DNA of 64,000 nucleotides from a virus (taxonomy: Duplodnaviria > Caudoviricetes), in IMG/VR virus record IMGVR_UViG_2905373006_000003, positions 16,719 to 80,718 of that record. One strand, written 5' to 3'. Positions 21,075 through 30,928 of this stretch are shown piece after piece. The first letter of the stretch is position 1; every line of letters starts with the position of its first letter. A program made the position numbers and the translations under genes. The notes under the pieces were generated by a model that did not search any database, was not told the origin of the DNA, and saw nothing but the letters and a program-made list of their open reading frames with translations.

Positions 21075-21533
21075 TCAGCGACGGGCCACTGCTTCAAGAT
21101 ACCGCACAATCGTATCCAGTACGGCTTTTTCCGCCTCCGGTTGCAGTTCATTGTCGCCGGTCAATGGTAAATACGGGCGGGCAGGAAACTCAACGGACTC
21201 ATGACGTCCCGTTTTTCCACCGAACTGGTGAATGGCACCGTAAACAACGTTCGTGCCGACAGCCGCCTGCCGGTCGTCATGGTCGGTTGAGACTGAACCC
21301 ATCAGACGCCCGGTGTCCTGAAGTGTCTGTCCGTCACGTTCCGTGGCGGCCAGCGACGGCAGCCATCCCGGACGCCCTTCGCCGAGAAAGTTTAACTGTG
21401 TTTCTGTCAGCAGCGTTCCGGCGATTTTGCGCATCGCCGGTGTCATGTCTATTGCGGCAGATCCCAGCGCGTTCAGTGCCTGACGCAGGGATTGATCGTT
21501 AATGGTGATATTAACCAGATTGCCGTAAGCCAT
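21075..21533 (-). CDS. Virion morphogenesis protein (Mu gpG-like)
   Basis: LQDTGRL..S...VGTN..YGAIHQFGG...PARPYL. Confidence 0.9.
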   Translation of the reverse strand: MAYGNLVNITINDQSLRQALNALGSAAIDMTPAMRKIAGTLLTETQLNFLGEGRPGWLPSLAATERDGQTLQDTGRLMGSVSTDHDDRQAAVGTNVVYGAIHQFGGKTGRHESVEFPARPYLPLTGDNELQPEAEKAVLDTIVRYLEAVARR

Positions 21534-21535
21534 CG

Positions 21536-22357
21536 TTATCCTCTCAGTTCCTGTTGTGCCAGTGGCTGAAGCGCCCCCTGATAACGGGCAAGGTCGGGCC
21601 GGTAAGCCGCACCCGGCGCATAAGACCAGCCGACGTCGGTGGCCACTTTCGTGGTACCGGTACGGAAGGTGGCGACGTTCTGCATCTCACCGGTTTTCGC
21701 TGAGACCAGCTTCAGTTCCCACCCCATAGCAGCACCTGAATTTGTCACCTTCAGGCCTCGGGCACGCACATCCGCTGCACTCAGGGCAATCACGCCACAA
21801 CGGCAACGCCAGCCGTTCGGCGGATAGAATGCCTGCCAGAACGGATCATCATAACGCAGCACCAGACCATGCAGTGCCAGATGGCTCCTGCGGGTACGGC
21901 GGTCACTGATGCCGGTATACATCCAGTACGGTCTGTCATTAACGTTCTCCATCTGTTCCGCCCAGCGACCGGCGCTGTAAAGCACCGACATATTGGTACG
22001 AAAGATGGTGTCGAGCCGCCACGGGCTACCCTGCATAATGGTGACAGGCTCGCCAGTCACCGGGTCAGTGGTGTCACGCGGCCCCCACCATCCCTTACGC
22101 TGCAGCTCCGGCTCCAGCGCCTGCCGGAACCAGCGGCCTGTTTTTCCGTCATCCAGCGCCTGCTGTAAGGCCCGACGGATATCTTCCAGAATATCCAGAC
22201 GGGTCACTTTGGCGACAGTAAAGGCGCGGGCATGCGCCTCCTGCCACATCTCCTCCCAGTCCCACGTGAAGCTATACCCTTTGGACTTGAGGTAACTGAC
22301 AGCCCGCTTCGGGGGCAGGGTCATACAGTACGCCAGTTCAGCCGTGGTCACGCTCAT
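21536..22357 (-). CDS. Minor head protein (Mu gpF-like)
   Basis: AFTVAK...DRRTRRSH...YPPNGWRCRC. Confidence 0.9.
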   Translation of the reverse strand: MSVTTAELAYCMTLPPKRAVSYLKSKGYSFTWDWEEMWQEAHARAFTVAKVTRLDILEDIRRALQQALDDGKTGRWFRQALEPELQRKGWWGPRDTTDPVTGEPVTIMQGSPWRLDTIFRTNMSVLYSAGRWAEQMENVNDRPYWMYTGISDRRTRRSHLALHGLVLRYDDPFWQAFYPPNGWRCRCGVIALSAADVRARGLKVTNSGAAMGWELKLVSAKTGEMQNVATFRTGTTKVATDVGWSYAPGAAYRPDLARYQGALQPLAQQELRG

Positions 22358-23837
22358 GCAGACGCCCCCAGAGTGTTGCCACAAACAGTATCCGTGCCAG
22401 CCGCTCCTGAAGGTCTTCTGCGTTCATTTGCGGGTACAATTCGGCCAGTTCACCCAGTAGTTCGGACGGTGCCACACCATCTTCAACCCGCCTGAACAGC
22501 GGCGCTAAAACAGGTTCCAGCGTGCCATTTAATGCGCCGCCGTTCATCAGAATATCCAGCGCCTCGTCAAGCTGCTGCTGTGCCTGAATATCGGCATCAA
22601 TCGCCTCGGCGAACGACAGCGACGACATGGCGTTCTTCTGTCGCTCAGACGATGGTGTCTCATCAATATCGCCGTCCTGCAGCTGGTATTCACGTTTGAA
22701 GTATTGCGGGGTGAAAACCACACCGGCACGGGTGAGTTTCTCATCCCGGGTCGCCTGGGTATCATCGACCGTTCCCTGTTCCCACATTTTCCAGACGGGA
22801 CAGGCGACATCACCGAAGTTCATCGAGACCGCCATCCTGATGGCCTGATTCACCGCACTTTCCACGATATCCGCATCCGCATCGCGGATATCATCGGTGA
22901 CCTCCAGTCCGGCCTGCGCGGAGGCACGGTTACTGTTGGCCTCGGTGGTCTGATTCTGCCCCAGCAGCGCGATGGATATTTCACTGCGGGCAAGCGTTAT
23001 CAGGTTCTGATAAATATCGCTGCTATCGGCCTTGCCTGCGGCTTCCTTGATTTCAATGGAGGAATCATCAGGGATGGCGGCTACCGCGTCTTCCACCATG
23101 GTTTCCATGGAGTCCAGCAACAGGTCAATTTCACTCTGTGCGGTATTACGCGGATGCTTGCCAATCACCCACGGTGAACCGTATTTCTCGGCAAATCGCA
23201 CCCAGAATTTCATACCGCCTTTTTTGAAAGTCACCGGCCAGAAGCACATTGACAGGTCAGGGAAGCCATACGGGTTATCATAAGTGGCATCCTGACGCGG
23301 AACGACGAACTTGTTCAGGGGAACGTCTTCCCCCTCCGTCCCGGCATCTTTCGCCCGGAAACGCAGCCGGTTGTCGTTGTCGAACAGGAACCATTCCGGT
23401 GGTTTGCCCACGATATCGGTGATGTGCCAGGCGCGGACGGAGCGTCCCCACATAACCTCACAGGGCTGATAGCCGTAGAGAACGGCATCCGTCATCTCAC
23501 CGATAATGCGGGACAAATCCAGGTCGTCAAGCATATCCCGGATGAAGCTGAACACACGGGCAGGAGCATGACCGCGCTCAAGTCCGCGCTCCAGCGATTT
23601 AACCGCAGCCTTACGCCTGCGGATACAACCACCGACCAGCGGGTCGGTACGCAACTCACGATAAATACGAATATCCCGGCCCTGTGATTTCAGAATGGGG
23701 TCAGGGTTAGGCAGGTACATGCCCAGTCCGAAGAAGTCGATGGCACGACTGCGGGAGGCAATCTGTGCGGTCAGTGTTTTTGCCGGTTCGGCAAACGAGA
23801 CAAATTCAGTGGGCGAAATCCAGAGTCCTCTGGCCAT
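22338..23837 (-). CDS. Portal protein (DUF935, Mu gp29-like)
   Basis: FWVRFAEKYGSP...SIALLGQNQTTE. Confidence 0.9.
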   Translation of the reverse strand: MARGLWISPTEFVSFAEPAKTLTAQIASRSRAIDFFGLGMYLPNPDPILKSQGRDIRIYRELRTDPLVGGCIRRRKAAVKSLERGLERGHAPARVFSFIRDMLDDLDLSRIIGEMTDAVLYGYQPCEVMWGRSVRAWHITDIVGKPPEWFLFDNDNRLRFRAKDAGTEGEDVPLNKFVVPRQDATYDNPYGFPDLSMCFWPVTFKKGGMKFWVRFAEKYGSPWVIGKHPRNTAQSEIDLLLDSMETMVEDAVAAIPDDSSIEIKEAAGKADSSDIYQNLITLARSEISIALLGQNQTTEANSNRASAQAGLEVTDDIRDADADIVESAVNQAIRMAVSMNFGDVACPVWKMWEQGTVDDTQATRDEKLTRAGVVFTPQYFKREYQLQDGDIDETPSSERQKNAMSSLSFAEAIDADIQAQQQLDEALDILMNGGALNGTLEPVLAPLFRRVEDGVAPSELLGELAELYPQMNAEDLQERLARILFVATLWGRLHERDHG

Positions 23838-25432
23838 CAGAATCCCTCCAGCAGCCGGGCCGCCTGACGCCGCCGACGGGACGTTGCCTTCACCGGCCCT
23901 TTGTTAATTTCACGGCTGGCAAAATACGCCAGCGCCAGTGCAATGGCAGCATCACCATGACGTTTGCCGCCGTCTGTTTTGGATTTTGACCGTAGTTCCG
24001 GCACGCGCGGAACACCGTTGACGACCTGAACCGCCCGCAGGTCGTCCAGCGTATCCTCATCTTTTGGTAAATCCACGAGGTTGCCGTCTTCCAGAGCGGC
24101 TTTGACCGGCGGCATATGCTCACGGTACCAGCCTTCGGTTGGCATCACCTGTTTTACCCGGCTGGCACCGTAGCGCTGCATGGCGTATTCCGCCAGATAC
24201 GCACCGTTACCCCGGGCGTCAAATGCGGCACCCAGTAAACCGGGCAGCCCATCCATCAGATACCAGGTGATTTGCTCCTGTTGTTTGAACGGCACGTTAC
24301 GCAGCTCCAGCACGAACGGCACCCGTCGTATCAGGTTTTTTTCCTGTAACAGGGGATAATCCACTGACAGGTCACCACTGCGGCCAAAGTCACGCCCAAG
24401 GAAAGAACGGGCATCAGCTGGCAGCTTTTCCAGCTGTGGTTTGAGGTGTTCATCCAGCCAGTCCTGCGTCTCGCGGAAACGTTCGTCGTCGGGCTTCAGT
24501 TCGTAGCCTTCCGGACAGGTCAGGCGCAACACCGGCGTACCAGCCGACATCCGGGACTCAATCAGGGCACGGGACAACCAGGCACCGCCGCCGTTGGCAG
24601 GAACACAGTCAAGCTCCTCGGATGCACCGGCACCGTAGAATTTGTACACCGATGCCATCCACGCCTGTTCAGACGCCTGTGACCATTCCTGCCCGGTACG
24701 CAGGCAGACACGACGGAACAGTCCTTCCGCCACCGCATCTCTGAACGTAATGCGGTGAATACAGCCTCCCTGACGCCCGGCGCGGATGTCACCAATCAGG
24801 GTATTGAACGGATTATCATCACCGTTATGCGTGGAGATAACGCGCACTTTACCGCCCCAGATAAGCATCGCCAGCGCCGCCTTCAGCAGCTCGTCCAGTT
24901 GCTCATGGAACGCGGCCTCATCGATAACGATGATCCCCTGACGGCCACGCAGGTTAGACGGACGGCTGGAGAGAGCCACCACGCGGAAGCCGGAATCCGG
25001 GAATCTGATGGTGTAGGTTTTGATGTGTTTGTCGTCTTCGTCCTCTTCCCAGAACCCCTCTTCGATTTCGCCTGCGGCATAGTTGAATGCCCGTGCCCAC
25101 ATCGCACACGCCTGAATATACTCAATGGTCATGTCCTGGTTATAGGCGATGTAATAGACATTCATCCCGCCTGCGGTGACGGAGGACGCGGCGGTCAGTA
25201 CGTTATCGGATGCCTCAGCCCAGGTGATACCAGTTCGGCGGCTCTTCTCCATCACCTTAAGCGGAGACGTGTCTGCCACCCAGCGCTGCTGGTAGGGCAT
25301 CAGAACGACGGGAATATCCAGCGCCGAGGTATCGGGTAAAACAGGAGTCAGGTTATTCGTCCCATCCGTGGGACTCACCCCTCCGGGGCCGCCGCCAGCG
25401 GCGTTCAAAATCACTCCGGATGATTTTTTCAT
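23837..25432 (-). CDS. Terminase large subunit (Mu gp28-like)
   Basis: EKSRRTGITW, IVIDEAAFH, RHGDAAIA. Confidence 0.92.
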   Translation of the reverse strand: MKKSSGVILNAAGGGPGGVSPTDGTNNLTPVLPDTSALDIPVVLMPYQQRWVADTSPLKVMEKSRRTGITWAEASDNVLTAASSVTAGGMNVYYIAYNQDMTIEYIQACAMWARAFNYAAGEIEEGFWEEDEDDKHIKTYTIRFPDSGFRVVALSSRPSNLRGRQGIIVIDEAAFHEQLDELLKAALAMLIWGGKVRVISTHNGDDNPFNTLIGDIRAGRQGGCIHRITFRDAVAEGLFRRVCLRTGQEWSQASEQAWMASVYKFYGAGASEELDCVPANGGGAWLSRALIESRMSAGTPVLRLTCPEGYELKPDDERFRETQDWLDEHLKPQLEKLPADARSFLGRDFGRSGDLSVDYPLLQEKNLIRRVPFVLELRNVPFKQQEQITWYLMDGLPGLLGAAFDARGNGAYLAEYAMQRYGASRVKQVMPTEGWYREHMPPVKAALEDGNLVDLPKDEDTLDDLRAVQVVNGVPRVPELRSKSKTDGGKRHGDAAIALALAYFASREINKGPVKATSRRRRQAARLLEGF

Positions 25433-25974
25433 GAGGCAATCCCCAAGATTTCACGGCGCAACGCCAGCACTGCATCGGCTGAAAGGCCACCTTTGCGGGC
25501 AATTTTCTCGGCGTTGCGGGCGGCCTGCTGTGCTCTGGTGCGGACTTCGGTCTGAAACTTTTTCAGGTTGACAGAGGCGCGGGACAGAGTGGCCACATTC
25601 TTCGCCACCTTCGACAGCAACTCCACGCGCTCTTTGGGATCAATTTCACCTTCTTCCGCCTCCTGCAGCTGAACAATGCTCTCGAACAGTTCGGTCTGAA
25701 TCAGAGCAATAACCGCCTCCGAACGTGCATCCTGATCATCTGCCGCACCTTCGGTCAGCATGCGTGCCGCTTCTGTTGCCGCACGGATAGCGCCATAGCG
25801 GCGCTCAATCTTCTGTCCATAGCGATGGATAGCGGATTTGCTGATGACATAACCCCGTTCACGCAGCAGGGATTCCAGCTCGTTATATCCGCTGAAGCCG
25901 GATTCAGTCAGCGCCCGCTCAAGCCAGCGGCGCACGTCTTCCGGCAGTTTTTCTATTGAGCTGCGTCTGGCCAT
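25429..25974 (-). CDS. DUF3486 / Mu gp27-like small terminase
   Basis: MARRSSIEKLP...ISKSAIHRYGQK. Confidence 0.85.
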   Translation of the reverse strand: MARRSSIEKLPEDVRRWLERALTESGFSGYNELESLLRERGYVISKSAIHRYGQKIERRYGAIRAATEAARMLTEGAADDQDARSEAVIALIQTELFESIVQLQEAEEGEIDPKERVELLSKVAKNVATLSRASVNLKKFQTEVRTRAQQAARNAEKIARKGGLSADAVLALRREILGIAS

Positions 25975-26285
25975 TATTCACTCCAGTATTTCTGCGGGCG
26001 GGCAATACCGGGACCACACTCCACGGTATACTCCACAATATCCACGCCGAGACGGGTCAGATCCGCAAACCAGTCACCGGAGGGTTTCTTCTCCAGATCA
26101 ACCATCTTACGGTCAGACAGATAATCCAGCTCACGGCGTAATTCCAGTGCGGTGGTATCCGGATAAATAGCTCTGGCCACATCCAGTAACAGGGTCTCAC
26201 TGGCGGTATAAGGGCGGGTTTTATTCAGTGCCACCAACAGACTCCAGCGCAGGGATTCGCGGCGCACCCGGGTAATATCAACCAT
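25974..26285 (-). CDS. Mu gp26-like protein
   Basis: RRESLRW..L..L...ELDYL...LTRLGVD...PGIARP. Confidence 0.75.
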   Translation of the reverse strand: MVDITRVRRESLRWSLLVALNKTRPYTASETLLLDVARAIYPDTTALELRRELDYLSDRKMVDLEKKPSGDWFADLTRLGVDIVEYTVECGPGIARPQKYWSE

Positions 26286-26613
26286 GACTCTGACCTCCGG
26301 TATTCCGGTACTGCTGTACCACTTCCAGTTTGTTATAAAGCGCGTCCAGTTTGGCCTCGATGACCGTCTGTCCCCGGATATAATCTTCCCGGCGGACGTA
26401 ATTCAGCGGTAAATCCGCCCTGAAACGCATGAACTCTTTTTCCAGCGCTCCCCATTCAGAGGCGGACTGGTGTAATGCCTGTTCCAGTGAGGCGAAACGG
26501 GCGGCCTGACGTTCCTCAGCCTTACTGAACAACCACTTGGCCATGCCGCCGACAAAGCTCATGAAGGTGATGAGAAAACCCACCACCGTCCAGAATTCAA
26601 TCTGTAATGTCAT
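26278..26613 (-). CDS. Membrane-anchored coiled-coil protein (Mu gp25-like)
   Basis: N-terminal TM segment, LPLNYVRREDY motif; after spanins. Confidence 0.7.
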   Translation of the reverse strand: MTLQIEFWTVVGFLITFMSFVGGMAKWLFSKAEERQAARFASLEQALHQSASEWGALEKEFMRFRADLPLNYVRREDYIRGQTVIEAKLDALYNKLEVVQQYRNTGGQSHG

Positions 26614-27263
26614 TGTTGTAATCCTTCCCGTTCATCCAGCAGGGCATTTATCTGGGTTCGCCAGATTCGGCACTGTGTTGCGTTGTCGATAAGGTTGGCA
26701 AGGATGTCCTGCTGTGTGACACCTGAGTCGCGTAGCCGGGAGTCAGCGGCTTCAGCTGACCAGGACGTTGTGCCAGTGCCGGTACCAGCGGCGGCACCGG
26801 AGTCTGAACGACCGGTGTCGGCGGATGCGTTGTCATATCCGAGCGCGGCGTTGTACCGGCGCACGAAACCGCGAGTAAACACACACTTAATGGGATGGCT
26901 TTTGCCTTTTTCATCCATCCAGCGTTGGGTAACATCGTTAATCTTCCCCTGTAATTGTTGGTTCTGTGTCTTAAGCTGAGCTATCTGCTCAAGGTAATCC
27001 GCCCCGGCCTGCTGCCCGGCGGCGACCTGAGCCTGATAGCGGGCGGCCCAGGCTTTGAGCGCGGCGTTCTCCCGCTCTGCCTGTACTCTTCGGTACTGAT
27101 TAAATTCAGACTGCAGTTTATTAACGGCTACCACTCCATCACGCGCGGCGGCATCGTGACCGGTGGTGTATCCCATGTGATACACCCCGGCGAGAAATCC
27201 GCTGATAATCAGGAACAGCAACAATTCGCGCCACGGCAGTTTTTTTATCAGCTTAATCCACAC
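26610..27263 (-). CDS. i-spanin (Rz-like)
   Basis: GTG start overlapping endolysin end; N-terminal TM followed by coiled coil. Confidence 0.7.
   Translation of the reverse strand: MWIKLIKKLPWRELLLFLIISGFLAGVYHMGYTTGHDAAARDGVVAVNKLQSEFNQYRRVQAERENAALKAWAARYQAQVAAGQQAGADYLEQIAQLKTQNQQLQGKINDVTQRWMDEKGKSHPIKCVFTRGFVRRYNAALGYDNASADTGRSDSGAAAGTGTGTTSWSAEAADSRLRDSGVTQQDILANLIDNATQCRIWRTQINALLDEREGLQQ
26648..26914 (-). CDS. Embedded o-spanin lipoprotein (Rz1-like)
   Basis: MKKAKAIPLSVCLLAVS-C lipobox-like signal; Pro-rich; nested in i-spanin in another frame. Confidence 0.6.
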   Translation of the reverse strand: MKKAKAIPLSVCLLAVSCAGTTPRSDMTTHPPTPVVQTPVPPLVPALAQRPGQLKPLTPGYATQVSHSRTSLPTLSTTQHSAESGEPR

Positions 27264-27975
27264 AGCTACCGCCTCCCCAGGAGCGGTAACGCGGTGCCAG
27301 TTCCCGTAAAATACGCTGCGGATAGTGACGGTTCTCGCGCCAATTGGCGGTGCTGCGTCCGGCATTGACGGTGGCGACATGACCAAACCAGCGCAGGCTG
27401 TCCAGCCCCTGCTGTGAAGCCAGCCGTTTGTCCCGTTGTACCCAGCCCAGACCACCGTTATAGCCCGACAGCGTCATGGCCATACGTTCGCAGTTATCAG
27501 CCGCACTGACACGCTGCCACAGCCAGTGGTCATAACTGACCAGTGCCCGGACAGCCCAGGACGGATTAAACGGCTCACGTGAGCGCAGTTCAGGAACGGT
27601 GTGGCTTATCCAGTCGGCGGTGGCAGGCATGAACTGCGCCATACCCTGAGCACCCGCCGGTGATACGGCACCGGGACGCCAGCCACTTTCCTGATGCAGT
27701 TGTGCGGCAAAATCAGCCACCGGTGCACTCATTCCCCATTCAAGCCGGGCATGACGGATCACCTCGTCGCGATACTGCAGGGCAGCCTGCGGGGGCTGTG
27801 CTGCTGCGGCCTGACTGAAAAAAACGCCGCACCAGAGCAACCACGCAATAAGCAGATTGTCCATAAGCTTCCACCAGAAACTGTATTTATCGTTGCGTGG
27901 TTCACCATGTTTAATGGCGGTTGCGCCCAGACAAAAAGCAATCAGAAAGATGAATGTAATCTGAGGCCAGTTCAT
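27253..27975 (-). CDS. Lytic transglycosylase endolysin (SLT domain)
   Basis: QLHQESGW...SPAGAQGMAQFMPATA...YNGGLG. Confidence 0.92.
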   Translation of the reverse strand: MNWPQITFIFLIAFCLGATAIKHGEPRNDKYSFWWKLMDNLLIAWLLWCGVFFSQAAAAQPPQAALQYRDEVIRHARLEWGMSAPVADFAAQLHQESGWRPGAVSPAGAQGMAQFMPATADWISHTVPELRSREPFNPSWAVRALVSYDHWLWQRVSAADNCERMAMTLSGYNGGLGWVQRDKRLASQQGLDSLRWFGHVATVNAGRSTANWRENRHYPQRILRELAPRYRSWGGGSCVD

Positions 27976-27977
27976 GG

Positions 27978-28334
27978 TTACAGCCCTGTCGCGACGGCCA
28001 GACAGACTGCAGCGACAATCAGCGCACGGCGGATTAATGCGGCAGCGAACACCAGATGGCGTCCGGTCTGGACAGGATAGCGGCCTTCTGCCATCAGTGT
28101 TTTATCGTGTAACAGATACTGACCGGGGCGGGCTTTGGGGAACAGCGAACGGTCAAGCCAGTAACCCAGTACGGCAGCTAAGGTGATCAGTGACAGTTTA
28201 TAAATCACCACCGGTAGCTGTTGCGGGGAAACCATGCCGATAATGCCAAGCAACAGAACAGCCATCAGTAACCAGCCACCTAAACGAGGTTTTTTAACCG
28301 AAGAAAAAAACGATTTGAGGTATTTCATGAGCAA
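27978..28334 (-). CDS. Putative holin
   Basis: Three hydrophobic segments, LGYWLDRSLFP; directly upstream of endolysin. Confidence 0.8.
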   Translation of the reverse strand: MLMKYLKSFFSSVKKPRLGGWLLMAVLLLGIIGMVSPQQLPVVIYKLSLITLAAVLGYWLDRSLFPKARPGQYLLHDKTLMAEGRYPVQTGRHLVFAAALIRRALIVAAVCLAVATGL

Positions 28335-28354
28335 TCTCCTTGAGTCGTGGAGAC

Positions 28355-28397
28355 AGCATCACAGGTGGCCAGGGAAAGGGATTTTAAACAGCGTTAA
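28355..28397 (-). promoter_or_regulatory. Putative Mor/C-activated late promoter (Plys-like)
   Basis: TTAAC-GCTG-TTTAA, 23 bp, GATGCT-G. Confidence 0.72.
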
Positions 28398-28492
28398 TAG
28401 TGATACGACGGCGCAAAACACATGATTACTTTGAAAGAACACCAGCGCCTGACCGGCCAACAATTACAGATATTTCTCTGAAGGGTAAATGT

Positions 28493-28750
28493 ATGACTTC
28501 AGCAACTACTAAACACAGTTCACTCTGTCTGATGGGGATTACCTGCGATGAATATGACACCGCAGAAAAAATTTACACCCTCAGCGTCAATGCTGACAAC
28601 CTTGAGGAATCGATAAGAGAGATACGCTCCGCACTTGAACAGATAGATAGTATGCTTAGTCCAATCCTGGAAGATGAGCTGAACGGAATACTTATCGGAC
28701 AGATAAAATTGACGATTAGTGCTAATCCAAAAAGCAGATCGCCTTACTAG
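28493..28750 (+). CDS. Hypothetical acidic protein (accessory)
   Basis: AAGGG RBS then ATG 28493; opposite to late operon, convergent on DUF2441-like gene. Confidence 0.6.
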   Translation: MTSATTKHSSLCLMGITCDEYDTAEKIYTLSVNADNLEESIREIRSALEQIDSMLSPILEDELNGILIGQIKLTISANPKSRSPY

Positions 28751-28770
28751 CTATCTGACTGCCATTTTGT

Positions 28771-29352
28771 TCATTCACTTACCCGTCGGCCTGTTTTTGC
28801 CGGAAGTGGGATCAATATCTCCCAGAATGGCTCTTCACCATTTGTATATGCAAGACTTTCACCTGACCAGTACAGATACGCCTGGCGATATATATCCAGA
28901 ATTGGGCCATTACTGTCAAGCAGTCTCATATCACCAAGGTGAACCGGTTTTTCGTTCCTGACTTCATATATCGGCGCTATCCGTATTCCATCATCACCAC
29001 GTTCGCGGGCCAGCAATTCCCTGAATTGTTTAACCTCACTGATTTCCCGACAGGCAAACAGCGATTGATATCGGGATGGTTTCTCAGGGAAGTCGCTACG
29101 CCGAACCAGTTCAAATATCAGCCCAATCAAAAAGGCTTTATCTCTTTGATGGTTATCATCGAAAAGAGCAGGATTATAGAGGTAGTTATAGCCATGCTTC
29201 GACAACCCCTCGGGATATATTTGATTAAGGAAACCGGCCAATTCTGGCTGTTTTGGGGTATGGTGACGCAGTGTTATTACATGAAATGGAAACAGACTAT
29301 TTGCAGAATCTAGCGTGTAATACTTTTCCAACGTAAGGCATATCCTTATCAA
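28771..29352 (-). CDS. DUF2441-like protein (accessory)
   Basis: GLSKHG.NYL...FELVRR..FP.KPSRYQSLFA...YW.GE...PFWE pattern recalled for DUF2441; start may be TTG 29331. Confidence 0.65.
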   Translation of the reverse strand: MIRICLTLEKYYTLDSANSLFPFHVITLRHHTPKQPELAGFLNQIYPEGLSKHGYNYLYNPALFDDNHQRDKAFLIGLIFELVRRSDFPEKPSRYQSLFACREISEVKQFRELLARERGDDGIRIAPIYEVRNEKPVHLGDMRLLDSNGPILDIYRQAYLYWSGESLAYTNGEEPFWEILIPLPAKTGRRVSE

Positions 29353-29387
29353 ATCAGCTAAATGACGTGTTCTTATGCTGCTATCCA

Positions 29388-29431
29388 GTAAACTGCATTA
29401 ATAGCCGCCGAATACTCCCAAAATGCATCCT
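29388..29431 (+). promoter_or_regulatory. Putative fifth late promoter driving the methylase (Pmom analogue)
   Basis: GTAAA-CTGC-ATTAA, 24 bp, CATCCT-G. Confidence 0.55.
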
Positions 29432-29581
29432 GACAATGAAAGAACGACCAGCCCGGTGCGCGAACACCGGACTGGCCATCAACCCACAGAGATTGCCTGT
29501 GAGCCGACCAGGGTTCAGTCAGTCCCGCGAGACCTGATTAGCCTGCCATATTTTTTAATTATTGTAAAAGGCTTACGGATA

Positions 29582-30352
29582 ATGAAAGAACGCACTTTAC
29601 CCATCGTCCCCTGGATAGGGGGGAAACGTCGTCTGGCGAAACATATTTTACCGTTATTCCCGTCCCATACCTGTTATGTGGAACCCTTCTGTGGAGCTGC
29701 TGCACTTTATTTTTTAAAAACGCCCAGTAAAACAGAGATTATTAATGATATTAACGGTGAGCTGATTAACCTTTACCGGGTGGTGAAACACCATCTGGAA
29801 GAATTTATCCGCCAGTTCAAATGGGCACTGGTCAGCCGCCAGATGTATAAATGGCTGCAGAACACCCCGGAAGAAATACTCACGGATATTCAGCGGGCGG
29901 CACGGTTTTATTATCTTCAGAAGCAGGCTTTTGGTGGCAAAGTCGCAGAGCACAGCTTCGGAACGTCCACCACCAGCCCGCCACGTTTTAACCTGCTGCG
30001 TATTGAAGAAGAGCTTTCTCTGGCGCATCTGAGGTTATCCAGAACGATCATTGAACATCTGGACTGGCGTCAGTGTATTGAACGCTATGATCGGCCACAC
30101 ACGCTGTTTTACTGTGACCCGCCTTACTGGGGAACGGAAGGTTATGGTGTGGATTTTCCGATCGGAAACTATGTCCATATAGCTGAGCTGGCACGGAGTA
30201 TCAAAGGCAGGATGATTATTTCGGTAAACGATATACCAGAAATGCGGCAGGCGTTTCAGGGGCTGACGATTCAGGTGGTTGATATCAGCTACAACCTGAA
30301 GGTCACCGGAAAAGCAGCCCGCAAGAAGGAGTTGATTATTTGCAATTTCTAG
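29582..30352 (+). CDS. DNA adenine methyltransferase (D12/Dam class)
   Basis: PWIGGKRRLA, YVEPFCGAA, INDIN, FYCDPPY; start set to MKERTL. Confidence 0.93.
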   Translation: MKERTLPIVPWIGGKRRLAKHILPLFPSHTCYVEPFCGAAALYFLKTPSKTEIINDINGELINLYRVVKHHLEEFIRQFKWALVSRQMYKWLQNTPEEILTDIQRAARFYYLQKQAFGGKVAEHSFGTSTTSPPRFNLLRIEEELSLAHLRLSRTIIEHLDWRQCIERYDRPHTLFYCDPPYWGTEGYGVDFPIGNYVHIAELARSIKGRMIISVNDIPEMRQAFQGLTIQVVDISYNLKVTGKAARKKELIICNF

Positions 30353-30487
30353 GTATCGGGGCGATATCGGGTCGCCCCAGTATCCTTATTCATCGTGCTC
30401 ATGATTACCTTCATTGAGTTTTTGTGTCCGGAAAGTAATGAAATCAACCACCTTGCCTTTGCCCCGGAAGTCCTATTCTGTAAGAAC

Positions 30488-30835
30488 TTATCCGGCACAT
30501 TTACCCGGTTTGGGCTGTGTATAGAATCGCCCAACCTCAAGAAATGAGCGTTGTTGCTCCGGTGTCATTTCATCAAATGCGTCCATTAGTTTTTGCTTGT
30601 CTGGGGACATTTTTGGGATAACGCTGGAAATCAAAGTTCCTCTCTGTCCCGTAACAACGTAAAGCACATCAAGTCCTAAAGTAGCCCAAATAGCTAGAGC
30701 ATCAGCCCCAGGGGATGATTCGTCTTTTTCCCACCGTAATTGGCTTTTATAGGATGCCCCTACCAATTCGGCAAACTCAGATTGACTAAATCCCAGGCGG
30801 TTTCGTTCTTCTCTTAATCGTGATCCAAGTGACAT
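30488..30835 (-). CDS. Repressor of the Mu-like prophage (XRE HTH)
   Basis: LREERNRLGFSQSEFA...WEKDESSP...DVLYVVTG; divergent from early operon. Confidence 0.88.
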   Translation of the reverse strand: MSLGSRLREERNRLGFSQSEFAELVGASYKSQLRWEKDESSPGADALAIWATLGLDVLYVVTGQRGTLISSVIPKMSPDKQKLMDAFDEMTPEQQRSFLEVGRFYTQPKPGKCAG

Positions 30836-30928
30836 ATTTGTCCATTTATCTATTTACATATCCCAATTTTGGGATAATAATATACCATATATAAGGCAAA
30901 CATCATTGCATCAACAAAGGAGACAATC

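Noticed and set aside
9191-28186. Long opposite-strand ORFs (e.g. 9191-9871, 10192-11010, 16486-17121, 19010-19744)
   Set aside because: Shadows of GC-rich structural genes with no motifs of their own
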